Assembly: GCA_964016885.1 (NCBI GenBank)
Contig: OZ024743.1
Span: 310,558,001 to 310,622,000 of the forward strand
Length of the DNA stretch: 64,000 bases
Source: Eledone cirrhosa
Lineage: Eukaryota
Direction: 5' to 3'
Shown: piece by piece, positions 12,790 through 26,095 of the stretch
Position numbering within the stretch: the first letter of the stretch is position 1
Layout: each line of letters begins with the position of its first letter
Position numbers and translations under genes: made by a program
Notes under the pieces: model-generated
What the model was told of the DNA's origin: nothing
Database searches by the model: none
The model's input: only the letters and a program-made list of their open reading frames with translations

Positions 12790-13990
12790 ATAGTTTATCA
12801 AAGTTCTTTCGTTGCACATCTGCAACAACGTCAGTGGTGCTATTGTTTCCTCCCGTTGCACTGTATTTTCTACGCCATCTTTATTTAGTCTGTTTATATA
12901 TTTATTTATTTGTTTATTTTTATTTATTTATTTACATATGAATAAAATTAGTCCTTCATCAGTGATCTTCCAACTTTCATTGGTATTTCATCGCTTTAAA
13001 AATCATATACCTCTGGTTGGTGCGAGCAATAACTAAATAAAGTTATTGGGATAAGTAAAATAGCGTGAAGCGAGCAAGACATGTAAACAAACAAAGATGG
13101 TATTGCAACGGAAAGATAGGAAGAGACAAGTACATGATATCTATAAGCTTAAGCTTGGTGAATTCATGGACAAGAGATACAGACCATATATACATAAGTA
13201 TATATGTGTATATTAGTGGAGGTGTTAGTAGGATGTGTGTGTGGGGGGGGGGGTAGTACGGGGGGAGAGATAAAGAGAAGGTGCTGGGTACAGTATGAAT
13301 GAGGGTAATATACAGGTGTGTGTGCGTGTTTGGGTATGAGTGTGTATGTGGTAGGGTGGGTGTTAGTGGTGGTGGCGCGGGTGTGGAGTGGGTTGCGTAT
13401 CGGTGTGTACGTGGGTGTGGGTGAGTGTATGTATGCTGGTGTGTGTTGGTGTGTGTGTGGTGAGGGGGAAGGGGGATTGGGGGAAGTTTAGTATTATTAG
13501 TGGTGGCGTGGTCGGATGTGGATGTGTGGGTGGGGGTTAGTGGTGGTAGTAGGGTGTGTGAATAGTGTGAGTGTGTATATGTACTGGTGTGTGTGTGTGC
13601 GCGTTGAGGGTCTGGGTTCGCGTGTGATAGTGGGAGGGGTGAGGGTTGTTAGTATTATTAGTTGTGGGGTGGACCAAGGGGGTGGCTGCAAGTGGAGGGG
13701 ACGGTGAATCTTGGGAGTGTTTTAGTTTTGTTAGTAGGGGGTATTCGCCTGTATATTATTTGTAGGAATTCAATACAAAAGCTAATAATCTACAATACTC
13801 ATAAGATTTAATCTTTTGTTATCTCAGCTAACTCGAAGGTGATGTTTTTAGCATGGTCTTTTAGCTAACGAATTAGTTTCGGATTATAAGTCTCAGCTGC
13901 CTGTCTTCTGTGGTCATATTCCACTGTTGTCAATTTTGATTTCATCCTTTCACAACCTATAAATAATGTACTAGTTCAGCAGTGGTGGGC
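12790..13990 (-). mobile_element. Probable decayed PLE 3' end and GT-rich pLTR
   Basis: Composition and layout resemble 31000-31600 (decayed endonuclease tail followed by a CA-rich UTR). No clean motif was found. Confidence 0.35.
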
Positions 13991-14293
13991 TGGCAAAATT
14001 GTTAAGAATTCGGGCAGGTTATTTTGCGATATCTGTTCGCGGCCTTGTGATCTCGAATCACACTGCCTTCTACCAGGTGTTGCGACCAATATTATTAGCA
14101 ATAAAATTACAAATGTAAACATAGTTTTCTTGGTCTGATTTGGCAATCGGCTCCTTTTCTTTTTTTGCACAGCTTAATAAGTTAAACTATTCAATTTACA
14201 ATAAGTAATAGTCAATAGATTTCGGTTATTGACCAGTATACAGGATAATTATACTCTATCATCCGGCGACCTCAGTCGAAATCGACTCAAAAA

Positions 14294-15450
14294 TTAAACT
14301 CCACATGGGTTGTCGTTCATTGCCGTTGCCAACTCCTGGATTCCAATACCAGAATCTCTGGAGATGACATCGGGATAGGAGAGCTTGCACCCCCTATTAT
14401 TAGTGTCTGCTTGTGGTTTCCAGAGCACTAGTGCGGACACAGCCTCATAAGTTGCACGATGGCAGTGGCCAGCAAATCTTACTCTCCTTTTACGTACAAC
14501 GACAGATTCGTGGGCGGCCGGCATATATTTCTTTCAGAGTCAGATGCCACCTTATGTTCTGAAGAAGAAGGCGAGTGTAGGTGCCATCAAGGCGCTGTTG
14601 TTGTTTGGATAAAAGCATCCATGTTTCACTTCCAGATAGCAAGATTGGTTGAATTGTTACTTGAAGAGTCTGATTTTGGTGTGGTTGCAAAGATTTGAGC
14701 GCCAAACTCGATCCATCCTGTTGCAAGCTGAGCATGCTTGGGCTTTTCTGGTGGCAAAATCCTTCCCAGAGTCCATGATCCAGTACCCAAGATACTTAAA
14801 ATCCTTGACTTGCTTGATATCACTGCCATTGATGCTTTGCTATTGTTGCCTGTACTGTTTGATATGTACTCTGTTTTGACCTCCTTGTGATGAAGGCCAG
14901 CCAGGACGGCTGCTTCCTGGAGAGATGTCAAAATTTGTTGCTCATTTTCTTGGCAATCTGCACGAAGCGCAATGTCATCCGCAGAGTCAAGATCAGTGAG
15001 ATGTTTAGATGGGTGCCTAGAGCTCATACGGGGTTTGATGGTTATACCTTTGTTACTGATGTTGTCAATTGAGAGTCTCAGAACTTAGTTTAGTGCAATG
15101 ATAAATAGAAATGAGACAAAGTGTCACCCTGTAAGATTCCTGCTGAAATATTAAAGAACTATGTTGGGCCATCAGGGGTGATGATGGTGGCACTTGTGTT
15201 GAGATACAGAGCTTCAATTGCTTCAACAATTCTCGATGGGATGTCATACAATGGTATCATTTCAAACAGAATGTCTCTCTTTATGCTGTCAAAACCTTTT
15301 CTAAGGTTAACAAAAACTGGAACCATTTGTTTGTTGCAGTTCCTCATCTCGTCGACTACTCTTCTCAAGGCCAAACTCTGTACAAGTGTAAATCTATCGC
15401 GCCTAAAACCGTTTTGGTCGAAGCGAAGGATTGGATCAACAAAACGGAAC
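14294..15450 (-). mobile_element. Degenerate RTE-like LINE RT fragment
   Basis: FVNLRKGFDSI, DLDSADDIAL, ILLSGSETW, LDGTYTRLL and RRVRFAGHCHR across frames. Confidence 0.85.
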
Positions 15451-15614
15451 TATATTTTATAGGAATGTATAGTAACTAATAATTGATTCAATTCATTTGT
15501 AATTCACAATTTTACTTGAGGAATGTTAATAGAAATATATTTCAACTGGCTCACTCATTATTAAAACTATATTTTATGGTCGTCATTAGCAAATACAATT
15601 TTCTAACTTCTCGG

Positions 15615-15850
15615 CGAAATTTACATATATAATAGTTTCTTATTTAGGGACAAGGCCAGTAATTTTGGGGGACGGGAAGTCAATTAAATCGATCCTGTAC
15701 GTTGCTGGTACTTTATTTTATCGACCCCAGAAGGATAAAAGACAAAGCTAACTTTGATGATATTTGAAATCAGAACGTAAATGTCCAAAACTCTATACCA
15801 TGAAGCATGATGTGCGAAGATCTACCGATACTGTTAATCCACAACCCTGA
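15615..15850 (-). mobile_element. tRNA-derived SINE (decayed)
   Basis: Reverse complement of the ..tcttttatccttctggggtcgataaaataaagtacc core also seen at 29449-29640. Confidence 0.75.
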
Positions 15851-16333
15851 GATCTACATAGATAATAAGTAACGTTAAATTTATTCATATGTACGTTACT
15901 ATGTATGACATAGGAATAGAGCCGTATTTACGTTGCTATTATAGATCCAAATGGTGCTCACAAATGTTTATCAATTTTATACATACAAACATGAAAGAAT
16001 TTAGCACTCATAACTTTAAAGCAAAATTAATTCGATACATATTTAGATTTTTCCATGTAAATAGTATCATTATATAAAGTGCGTTATATGAAAAAAAAAA
16101 AACAATGTTTAAATTCTATTTAATTGTTGCCTGAACGATATTGATTAATTTCATGAATAAATAAGTGGTACTTCTGTATATATTCCTGTCAAACCCTCCA
16201 GACATGTCTATACCGACCATTTCCCAGTTTTGAACGTTGGTACTTATCTATATTTTTAAGCCAACTCTTTCGAATATGTACCGTACATTTTTTTCACTGT
16301 TCCAGTCAAACTCTACCCGTAATGGTTATATGT

Positions 16334-16378
<45 letters not shown>

Positions 16379-16599
16379 AATTAAGTTAAAAATGTACATC
16401 TACATATGCATACTGAAATACTAGTATTCATATGAATACACACACGTATACATATGTAGATGTACCAAGTCTTTCACTGGTTACTTTACTGTGAGTATCC
16501 AGCTATTCTGTATGTAAACACACAGACAAACCGGTTTTTAGAGTCATACTGGTTTTTGAGGAAACACCTTTCCTCTATTCTCCAGAAAGCCAGACAAGG

Positions 16600-16644
16600 A
16601 ATATTGAACTAGTTTCGTTGTTGTTACAACTCATCAGCAATATT
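16600..16644 (-). ncRNA. Type-I hammerhead ribozyme
   Basis: Reverse complement of 17212-17256. Confidence 0.9.
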
Positions 16645-17211
16645 TACCTATCTACCGGCCTTTCTGGAGAATCGTAAAAGCACATATCGTTATATGCTTT
16701 TTCTATGAAAATTAGTAGTGGGCAGACTAATTTGCATAGAGTGTGAGTACGTACCGGTTCAACGGAGACGATAAAAACAAATAACGAAACGAAATTAAAT
16801 TTCGTTTCGTTTGTAACTCACTTTTGTATGACTTAAACAATTAAGTTAAAAATGTACATCTACATATGCATACTGAAATACTAGTATGCATATGAATACA
16901 CACACGTATACATATGTAGATGTACCAAGTCTTTCACTGGTTACTTTACTGTGAGTATCCAGCTATTCTGTATGTAAACACACAGACAAACCGGTTTTTA
17001 GAGTCATACTTGTTTAAGCGTCCGTCATACAAAAGTGAGTTACAAACGAAACGAAATTTAATTTCGTTTCGTTATTTGTTTTTATCGTCTCCGTTGAACC
17101 GGTACGTACTCACACTCTATGCAAATTAGTCTGCCCACTACTAATTTTCATAGAAAAAGCATATAACGATATGTGCTTTTACGATTCTCCAGAAAGGCCG
17201 GTAGATAGGTA

Positions 17212-17256
17212 AATATTGCTGATGAGTTGTAACAACAACGAAACTAGTTCAATATT
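17212..17256 (+). ncRNA. Type-I hammerhead ribozyme
   Basis: aatattg-CTGATGA-GTTGT aaca ACAAC-GAAA-cta-GTT-caatatt, with palindromic stem III AACTAGTT. Confidence 0.9.
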
Positions 17257-17544
17257 CCTTGTCTGGCTTTCTGGAGAATAGAGGAAAGGTGTTTCCTCAA
17301 AAACCAGTATGACTCTAAAAACCGGTTTATCTGTGTGTTTACATACAGAATAGCTGGATACTCACAGTAAAGTAACCAGTGAAAGACTTGGTACATCTAC
17401 ATATGTATACGTGTGTGTATTCATATGCATACTAGTATTTCAGTATGCATATGTAGATGTACATTTTTAACTTAATTGTTTAAGCGTCCGTCATACAAAA
17501 GTGAGTTACAAACGAAACGAAATTTAATTTCGTTTCGTTATTTG

Positions 17545-17576
<32 letters not shown>

Positions 17577-17730
17577 ACGGAGGAAAGTACTCAATACTTA
17601 AGGTAGTAGAGTGGGTAATAGGAACGAGTAGGACCCCCACTGCTGAGCTCAAGCCGTTTCGACGGCTAATTCTGGACTCAGAATTAGCCGTCGAAACGGC
17701 TTGATCTCAGCCGTCGGGGTCCTACTCGTT

Positions 17731-17735
<5 letters not shown>
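17577..17735. repeat. Fold-back mini-element centred on HHR stem II (family of 111-290 and 44978-45180)
   Basis: aggaacgagtaggacccc..gacggctaattctg / cagaattagccgtc..ggggtcctactcgttcct. Confidence 0.85.
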
Positions 17736-17815
<80 letters not shown>

Positions 17816-17818
<3 letters not shown>

Positions 17819-18325
17819 TTAAATTAACAGATTAAAGCTTAAGCAAAGAATCTCTGCTTTCACCCTTAACGGGATCTTCTGAAAGTAAAAAGTCAATCTG
17901 TGAACGCAGAAGTAAATATTTCAAAAAATGTTGCAACCGAAGGAAGACAGGAAGACGATACTTTGGTTCGTGGAGACGTTCCCTGGCAATGAACGAAAAA
18001 AAAACGAAGATAATACGTCATTATTTGGAGCGGTGAAAACAATTACATGCAAAGACAAAACCACGTTTATGGTATAAATGAAGTTGTAGACTAATATTCT
18101 GTTAGGTGGTTCATGGAGAGATTCTCTGGCAATGAACGGAAATGATACGTCATTATGTGGAGCAGTCACAACAATTACACGCAAAGACAAAACGACAAAA
18201 ATGTTATAACTGAAGTCGTAGACTAAAATTCTATTTAGGAAACCGAATTATTCTCTGCTACGGAGTTAAGAATAAAGTAAATAAAATACAAAGGTAATTG
18301 AAAATGTGTATATTTATAGACGTTT
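17816..18325 (-). repeat. pLTR fragment of the PLE family at 54.5-57.2 kb, with A4-variant HHR at 17836-17886
   Basis: Reverse-complement similarity to 59170-59670; CAGAAGA-tccc gttaa gggt-GAAA-gcag..ttg-CTT. Confidence 0.85.
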
Positions 18326-18331
18326 ATTTTA

Positions 18332-18690
18332 CTAGCTGACGTACCCAGCTTCGCCCGGGTAAACAGTTGATAAGAGAAGACAGGTAAAAGAAAAAAATGA
18401 TTGTACTGGATGTTTGTCTGGTTACAGTATGAGGCGATTCCATGGTGTCTGTGTGATACGAAAAACAGTAAAAAAAAAACCCAGATATACCAGATTCTTC
18501 GTTGAATCGTTTGTGCATAGTATATGAACAATTCTAGGTGCTCCCACCTAGAATAGTGACCTCTAGGAGATGATTCATCTTCTGCTTGACAGTAAAACGT
18601 GTATCATTGCATGGACGTGGTTGGTCCTCGTTTCTCAAAAGGATGATGGAAGTTCCAATCTTTTATATTATATGTAGATATAGATATAGA
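18332..18690 (-). mobile_element. Short non-autonomous Helitron
   Basis: 5' TCTATAT..AATATAAAAG. Internal Pif1-helicase remnant (GTSIILLRN..PCNDTRFTVK). 3' hairpin acccgggc gaa gctgggt followed by CTAG then T. Confidence 0.8.
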
Positions 18691-18699
18691 TAATTAATA

Positions 18700-21600
18700 T
18701 AAAAGATGTCCGTCAATGTAAAAAAGGTCCTTATTTACTTGAAATGGTTTATACAAATGCCAAATTAATATGGATATGGATAACATGATTATCTATAAGT
18801 GGTCAGCTATAATAATAAAACAACAAATTATATGACAAAAAAATGTATTCAGTAATATCCAGGCTCTTAGCCACTGAGTAATAGAATGTCAATATTGCCC
18901 AGAGTTCAACTCGGGGAGGTGGCCTGGTTTGAACTCCAAATGGCGGATCCTTCTACTTCGAAAATAGAATCGTTTTTCAATATTACTCTAGCCCTGGCCG
19001 GCCATAGGCACCAGACTCAGCATATGATGAGGTTTTATTTCGACCGCTCTCAGAAGCGATAAATTTGAAGGCAATTTCTACCAATACATGTTGGTTTTTA
19101 TTGCTCATTATCGACAATAAACGACATTGAACAGAAATGATAACTCTGTCAAAGCTCACAATACTGATCAAGGGATCAATGTCTGAATCATTTACGTCGA
19201 ATATTCATAGCAATGAAGGACATTTCTACCAATGCTTGTTGGTATTCATTGCGCAACATAGCTCATTAGTGGAAATCGAGTGGAGAACCTCATCGACCAA
19301 TTCTTTCTGAGATTGGGTCACCATTGGCATATGTTCATCCACAATACGTTGCTGTTCCAGTGGATCAAACTGGAATAGTTCCCTCCGATCGAGTGACAAC
19401 CGTCTAATCTGCAATCTCATGTTCAACGCTAAGACACGTTGCCGCATTTCTTCATCAGGAATTGGCAAATTGAAATCTGTTAAACATTTGAAATGAACTT
19501 CAAGCAGTTGCTCAATTGAGCAAAACAATAGTTTTCAACAAATGTTCATCATCGACCTGAAGATTATGCCTAAAATCATCAGCCATAATTCCCCAATGGC
19601 GTTCAAATAACCCTCTTGGATCGGCAGGATTGCAGAATCCTAGAATCGTGACAAACAACTGCCTTATTTGAGCTGGCATCTGTGATGTTCCTGCAGCTTC
19701 CATGGCGTTATTTCATTTAGCGTCATCCTGAAGGAGTCCCAGATGCTGACACACATCCTGGTATGTTTCATATTCCGCGCCATTGATTGTTTTCAAATCA
19801 GCGAAGCTCTGTTTACCTCTCGAAAAATCATTATGCAACAGAATTAGGAGATAAAACACATCACCAGATGCTGGATGGACATTACAAATCCGTCCTATAG
19901 TCATGAATCTCAACTTTTGTTTTCTATCATTCCATTTCTTTCCCTTCTTATCCCACGTATAGTGCGAAGGGAAATCGCAGTAGAGTTGCCTTTGGTCCGG
20001 GTTCAAAGCATGTTCCCTATTATGCTTGAACCACTCAGGCACTTCCGTCTTAGGAGGTGGTGCGTTAGCAATTCTTTCGACACCTCTTCTAGTGTCCTGA
20101 AAACAGACCATTTGCCTATCCTCTAAGTTAACCGTCAGTTTCTGAACGCTAAGTTTGCGTTCATTGAGATCAAAATCGAACAATCTCCAGCAAGCTTCCC
20201 TAGATCCAATCGAGCGAACATCCTGGAACCTGTCAACTTCATCTCCTTGGCTCGCTTCCTCATTCCTGATATTGATCATTGCCCGATCATGACCTTTGTA
20301 AACATATTTGAATAGATATTTGCAAGGTTTCACTGAGCTACAAACTTCTACATTAATATGACAACGATATTTCATAATCAAATATGGATTGTACGGTTCT
20401 TTGGCTGTTGTCCTGGCAAAAGTGCATCCTTAATATCAGTCCATTCGGGATTGCATGTAACCATTATAAACAAATCTGGCTTTCCAAACTTTCTAACAAT
20501 AGCCATTGCATCCTGATAGCGAATGTTCATATATCTCGGGCCGCCGATGAACGACGATGGCAAAATGATGCGTCGACCAATTTGCTTGTAATTGGCATCA
20601 TCGGCTGTTATAGCATCCTGTATACTATTATACAATTCAGCTCTGATATGTTGCTGATGTGTAGCTATATAATTTAGCCTTTCATTTTCGATCTTTGCTA
20701 ATGTCAAACAACAGTATTCCTGGAACAATCTGCTGGCTTGAAATAGTGCATTTCTCTGTTGATTCCTCTCATTCAAATGGAACGCGTAAAAGTCGCGAAT
20801 CGAATTATTGTGTCTATTGACACCTCCCTGTTGATGCTGATTTTCATGATCATCTAAATGAACAGACATGTTCCATCCATTTTCACCTTTTGGGAATAAA
20901 AGAACATAATGCAATGGATCGTATGCGCTATTTGACTCATTGATAGTCTTGAGACCACCATCTCTGCGATTGAGGAGGATATCTCTCGATCCAGGCTTAT
21001 CGTCCATCAACACAGCAACTTCACGAAATCCTTCAGGGGCATTATATCGCCATTCGTGTTGATTCCTTGGCACTGCGTCAGTCTTAATCAACAATATTTG
21101 CTGCTGAACATGTTGCAGTTCAATCACCAACATTAAATCCATAACCTAAGGATTACACTGTCTAAGTCATGGTTGCAAATCACGGATCAAATCACTGAAC
21201 TTTTGCCGTTTAAGTTCAGTTACATTTCCCGGCAACTTCATCCACCGATCCTGATATCCTCCTCCGATTCACTATAATCTGGATCGTTAACGTACATTTG
21301 ATCGAATCGAGGCCTCTCTCCTGGGTAACTTCTAAATTACCGATACGATGATACAAACGGCCTTGAATGACTACATTCGGTTGCCATGCTCCACTCTCAA
21401 ACATCTCACTAACTCTCTGCGATGCTAAAGCTAATGAATTGTTAATTTGCCGCGAATAATTGCGCAGTAATCTACCTCCGTCTCCTTGATCACCCCACAT
21501 ACTTAGTATTTTAAACTCCGGTGACTCCTCATCATCCGGCATTCGCAAGGGTTCTAGTTGAACTGCTCCTTTATGACAGCACGTTGTGGTCCACGTCTTT

Positions 21601-22928
21601 TCGTGCCTCCAAAGCAATGCTCCACAATGTGGACATTCTGCTCGTCCACCAATATGAAAATGACACGGTTGCCATGATCCATTTTTAATATCATTCGTTT
21701 GTTTCTAGCCTCTTTACTGGAATGAAGAGCACTTTGGCGACACATTCTCTGAACTTCTGTATTGCGCTGGCGCTGTTCAGCCAGCTCCTCTTCATCCATC
21801 GCAGCACGCCATTGCTGCTGAATTCTGGCCATCTGCTGATGATGCTCAGCCAGTTCGTCTTCCACTATCGCAGCACGCCGTCGCTGCTTGGCTCCAGTGT
21901 TTCGTTGGCGTTGTACAGCCAGCTCCTCTTCATTCATGGCGTCACGTCTTCGCCTCTGAAGTTTGGCGTTCCGATGGCGCTGTTCGGCCCGTTTTTCTTC
22001 ATTGCTGATGCACGCCGTCGCCGCTGTAGTTCACTATTTGATAAGGGTCGAATTGCTTTTATTGTCAGTATTCATTTCGAGCAATTGTCAAAAAATGACA
22101 CAATAATAAATATAAAAGATGTCTGTCAATGTAAAGAAAGGTCCTATTTACTCCCTTCACAACTCTCTGTATGTTAGACTGACAGACAGGCACACAGACA
22201 GATAAACTGCGTGGCGATTGTGGAACGCCACACACATACACGCATGGAAACGCGCACACGCACGCAAACTTACACACGTACACACTCACACATGTTGATA
22301 GTTTTTACTTTCTGTGGAACGCTGCACGCACGCACACACACATAAAGATACACGCACGTACATACACACGCACACATGTTAATAGTTATTGCTTTCCTTC
22401 CCTCTTATTTCCACACACATCACACACACACATGTCTCTACACTGACACATATACATAGTGTATAAAAAATGACACAATAATAAATATAAAAGATGTCCG
22501 TCAATGTAAAGAAAGGTCCCTATTTACCCCCTTCACAAATCTGTGTATGTTAGACTAACAGACAGGCACACAGACAGTTAAACTGCGTGGCGATTGTGGA
22601 ACGCCACACACATACACGCATGGAAACGCGCACATGCACGCAAACTTACACACGCACACGCACATGTTGATAATTTTTCCCCCCTGTGGAACGCTGCACA
22701 CACGCACACACACATAAACATACGCGCTCATACATACACACGCACACATGTTAATAGTTATTGAACACAGCGTTCACACACTCTCCTCTCACTCTCTCTT
22801 TGGCATTATGCATATTAATTTCAGTTTGGCGTCGTTGAGGTGGGCGGAGTCGTTTGAAACCTATGAACCAATGATAATCGAGAATTATGACACACGGAAT
22901 ACTGACGTTCTTGAAATTAATAAATAGG
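18700..22928 (-). mobile_element. Helitron (Rep pseudogene, internally deleted, helicase largely lost)
   Basis: YDPLHYVLLFPKGE, IILPSSFIGGPRYM, Rep motif 1 KPDLFIMVTCNPEW, motif 3 KYLFKYVYKGHD, CPHC..CC zinc finger region, and EEELAEQRQR repeats. ~380-bp 5' duplication (22085/22465). Confidence 0.92.
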
Positions 22929-22929
22929 T

Positions 22930-23182
22930 GTATACACGCACACATACACACATACATATATATTTTTTTTTTATGTGTATTTGGTGTATATGTTCGTATG
23001 TGTGCGGGTACTGGCGTTGCGTGGTTTCTGTATGTGCGTGCGTGTTTTTTTGTGTACGTGCTTGTATTTGCATACCCATGTCGAGTGTTTTCGCGTATGC
23101 TTATTTATGTACGTATATGGATGCGTGTATGTATATATTTATTTTCAATTACCTCTGTATTTTACTTACTTTATTCTTATAT
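22930..23182 (+). repeat. pLTR fragment of the 54.5-57.2 kb PLE family
   Basis: Similar to 56340-56480 and 59080-59215. Confidence 0.75.
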
Positions 23183-23189
23183 ATATATA

Positions 23190-23745
23190 AATGAAAAAAA
23201 AAGAAATTTCATTTCTCACTCTTAGTACGGCTGATACTTAAATATAAGAATGTATACGTACTTACATATATGTATGCATACCCACAGTAGTATATATATA
23301 CATACATACATGCACACATATATATATATATATATGTACGTATGTGTTTACCGAAAATTTATTATAATGTTCGGTTTGTTTCTAAACAAACAGCCCGAAT
23401 TAAGCCGTACAGTGTTCAGCAACTAACGTTGCCCTTTTGTTCAACGCTGACAAAGGAAAGATGAACTAGTTTCTAGCTTATTAGATGTCATCAGCACCGT
23501 ATACCTTCCTGTCAGTCGATTGAACGTTTGAATATATATACTTTCCTTATGCATATTAACGGCTGAGCAGCCTAATTTGCATATCGAGTAAGTTAGTCGG
23601 CCCGGCGTACCGAAAACGCTTATATGGAAAAAAAGGAAATTTCATTTCTCACTGTTAGTACGGCTGATACTTAAATATAATTATGTATACGTACATACAT
23701 ATATGTATACAGACGTACAGTAGTATATATATACATACATACATG

Positions 23746-23790
<45 letters not shown>

Positions 23791-24255
23791 GTATGGGTTT
23801 ACCGAACATTTATTATAATGTTTGGTTTGTTTCTAAACAAACAGCCCGAATTAAGCCGTACAGTGTTCGGCAACCATCGTTGCCATTTTGTTCAACACTG
23901 ACAAAGGAACGATGAACTAGCTTCTAGCTTATTAGCTGTCATCAGCAAAGTATACCTTCCTGTCAATCGATTGAACGTTTGAAAGTATATACTTTCCTTG
24001 TGCATATTAACGGCTGAGCAGTCTAATTTTCATATCGAGTGAGTTAGTCGGCCGGGCGGACCGAAAACGATTAAATGAAAAAAAAGGAAATTTCATTTCT
24101 CACTCTTAGTACGGCTGATACTTAAATATAAGTATGTATACATACATACATATATGTATACAGACGTACAGTAGTATGTATATATATACATACATGCAAA
24201 CATATATATATGTACGTATGGGTTTACCGAACATTTATTATAATGTTCGGTTTCT
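23190..24255 (-). repeat. Retrozyme-like tandem array: ~430-450 bp unit, ~2.4 copies, one HHR per full unit
   Basis: gaaatttcatttctcact at ~23203, ~23636 and ~24087. Distantly similar to the 16.4-kb unit (gcag.ctaatttgcata). Confidence 0.88.
23460..23498 (-). ncRNA. Type-I hammerhead ribozyme (second copy 23911-23949 has GAAG)
   Basis: ggtg-CTGATGA-c a(g/t)ct aata agct a-GAAA-cta-GTT-catc. Confidence 0.75.
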
Positions 24256-25869
24256 TTGTAATATATTGAAAGAGGCGTGCGAAAGGAGGAAGATAAGCGA
24301 GAGTAGAAGAAATGTGTTCAAGAAATACAAACCCAAAAGCCATCAGAGAAAGATTTATTTTATGGTCTTTTCTCTGCTAACTCTACTGTCTGTGATGAGG
24401 CACATCATAATTCCTCGTGTATCAAGATAAATTTACTCATGCGAAGGGATTCTTAGTTATTTCCATTTCTGCTTTCTCTAAATTATTCAATAGTTTAAGC
24501 AAGAACCATCCCAAAAGGATCACAGCTGGACAGGGACGTTTATCATACTATTATAAATAATACGTTTTTATTTCTTACGTATGTTTTTTTTTTTAGAAAT
24601 AAACTTCTAAGAGTGATAGAATCCATTCAGCTTGCTTAGAGCAACTAGTTATCCATTTCATTCTGCATCATTTTGACACATCCTAGAGGGCAGTAGTATT
24701 TCAACTATTTTTCCTGTTGGTTTTGACATAGTTTTTCCTGTTTTCAAGATTTTATCTCATAGCTGTCAGTTTTTATTTGTCATGCTGCAGGCTTATGGTA
24801 CTTGATTTGTTTTGCAATGAAATACAATAAGGATGCCTATGCATCAAAATTATAGAAATTAATTTAAAACAGTGAATGCGTAAGTAGGTGGGACAGCTCC
24901 AGTGTGACCCTCTGAGAGTCTCAAGTGGTGTAGTGGAAGCAAGAGGCACCAGGGCGAATGCGTTGAAAACCAAAGAATGATGCTGGAAGAAAGATGCAAA
25001 TTTTACAAATTAATACTTACTTAGAAAACTGTCTTTAATTATTCAATAAATGCTTAAATACAGAAAATATTAAAATTTACTTTTCAGTGTATGCTTTTAT
25101 CATCCTTCTGGGTGTGGGAGGCACAACTGATGGAATTTTCTCATTAAAAGAGGACATTATTCTAAAATGTTTGTGAAACTCTGATATAAAGAGAACCATC
25201 TAAAATTCTGAACACCAATCACACAAAAATATATTGTGACAGATGTTCTACTTACACTTAGGAAAAGTAAAGAGAAATACCAGTTGAAAAGTTTAATTAT
25301 ATTGATTTAATGTCGATCTACAGTGATTAGCTGACACAAGAACGATCAGTTACAAAGCCACACATCAATCACTGCACAGTACATGTCTAATTATAGAAGT
25401 TTATAATAAAATCCATGAATACAAGAGCGAAGTATTATTACTGCCATGAATGGGTTACATGAAAGATACTTACGAATGTAATGATCAAATATTGTTTGAT
25501 GAGTATTTCAAAAAGAAGTAAACGAAAAGAAAGTGAATCTTGTAAGAGTGATGCGAAGCTACGAGAAAGTATACGATAATTGCTCCAGACAGTATATTGC
25601 CCACCCCCGGCTTTATACTAAGAGCACTAGAAATAGGCAAAAGCAGAAAATAAAGATGGGCTGCGTCTAAGCATCTGGGCAAAGTTGTCACAAGAGATAT
25701 TGCTGGCTAAAAAAGTATAAAATCTATCTAGAGCCCTGGGGCTCATCAGGCCGGTGCTTATCTCGGATTCCGTGGTGTGAAGTGACTGCAAGTACGATGT
25801 TCATAGAAACTAAGCAGAATGTTGCGTTCGACATCAATATTGACTGAAATCACATTCCAAGAGTTTGTG

Positions 25870-26095
25870 TATGTGCTGGACAGACACAAGTTCTCTTAAT
25901 ATAATACTCAGAGATATTCCGTGATAGACCGTGTAGGACAATACTGGTCTTTTAAACCATGGATACAGCTTAATTTTTCCCAGCTGACAGGGCTGGAGAA
26001 ACAGGAATGTCTTGCTCAAGGACACTATTCGCAATCAAGAATCGAAATCGTTACTTTGCGATCGTGAGTCGAATATTCTAACTGCTAAGCCACGT
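25870..26095 (-). mobile_element. Decayed tRNA-derived SINE
   Basis: Minus strand: gtggcttagcagttaga (A box)..atttcgattc (B box). Similar to 49900-50200. Confidence 0.55.

Larger units (their letters stand above)
16375..17550. repeat. Retrozyme-like array: ~465-bp HHR-containing monomer, ~1.4 copies then ~1.15 inverted copies, in (TA)n
   Basis: 16375 repeats at 16835, inversion at 17010/17011, and 17011 repeats at 17477. Copies are near identical with no credible ORF. Confidence 0.9.
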
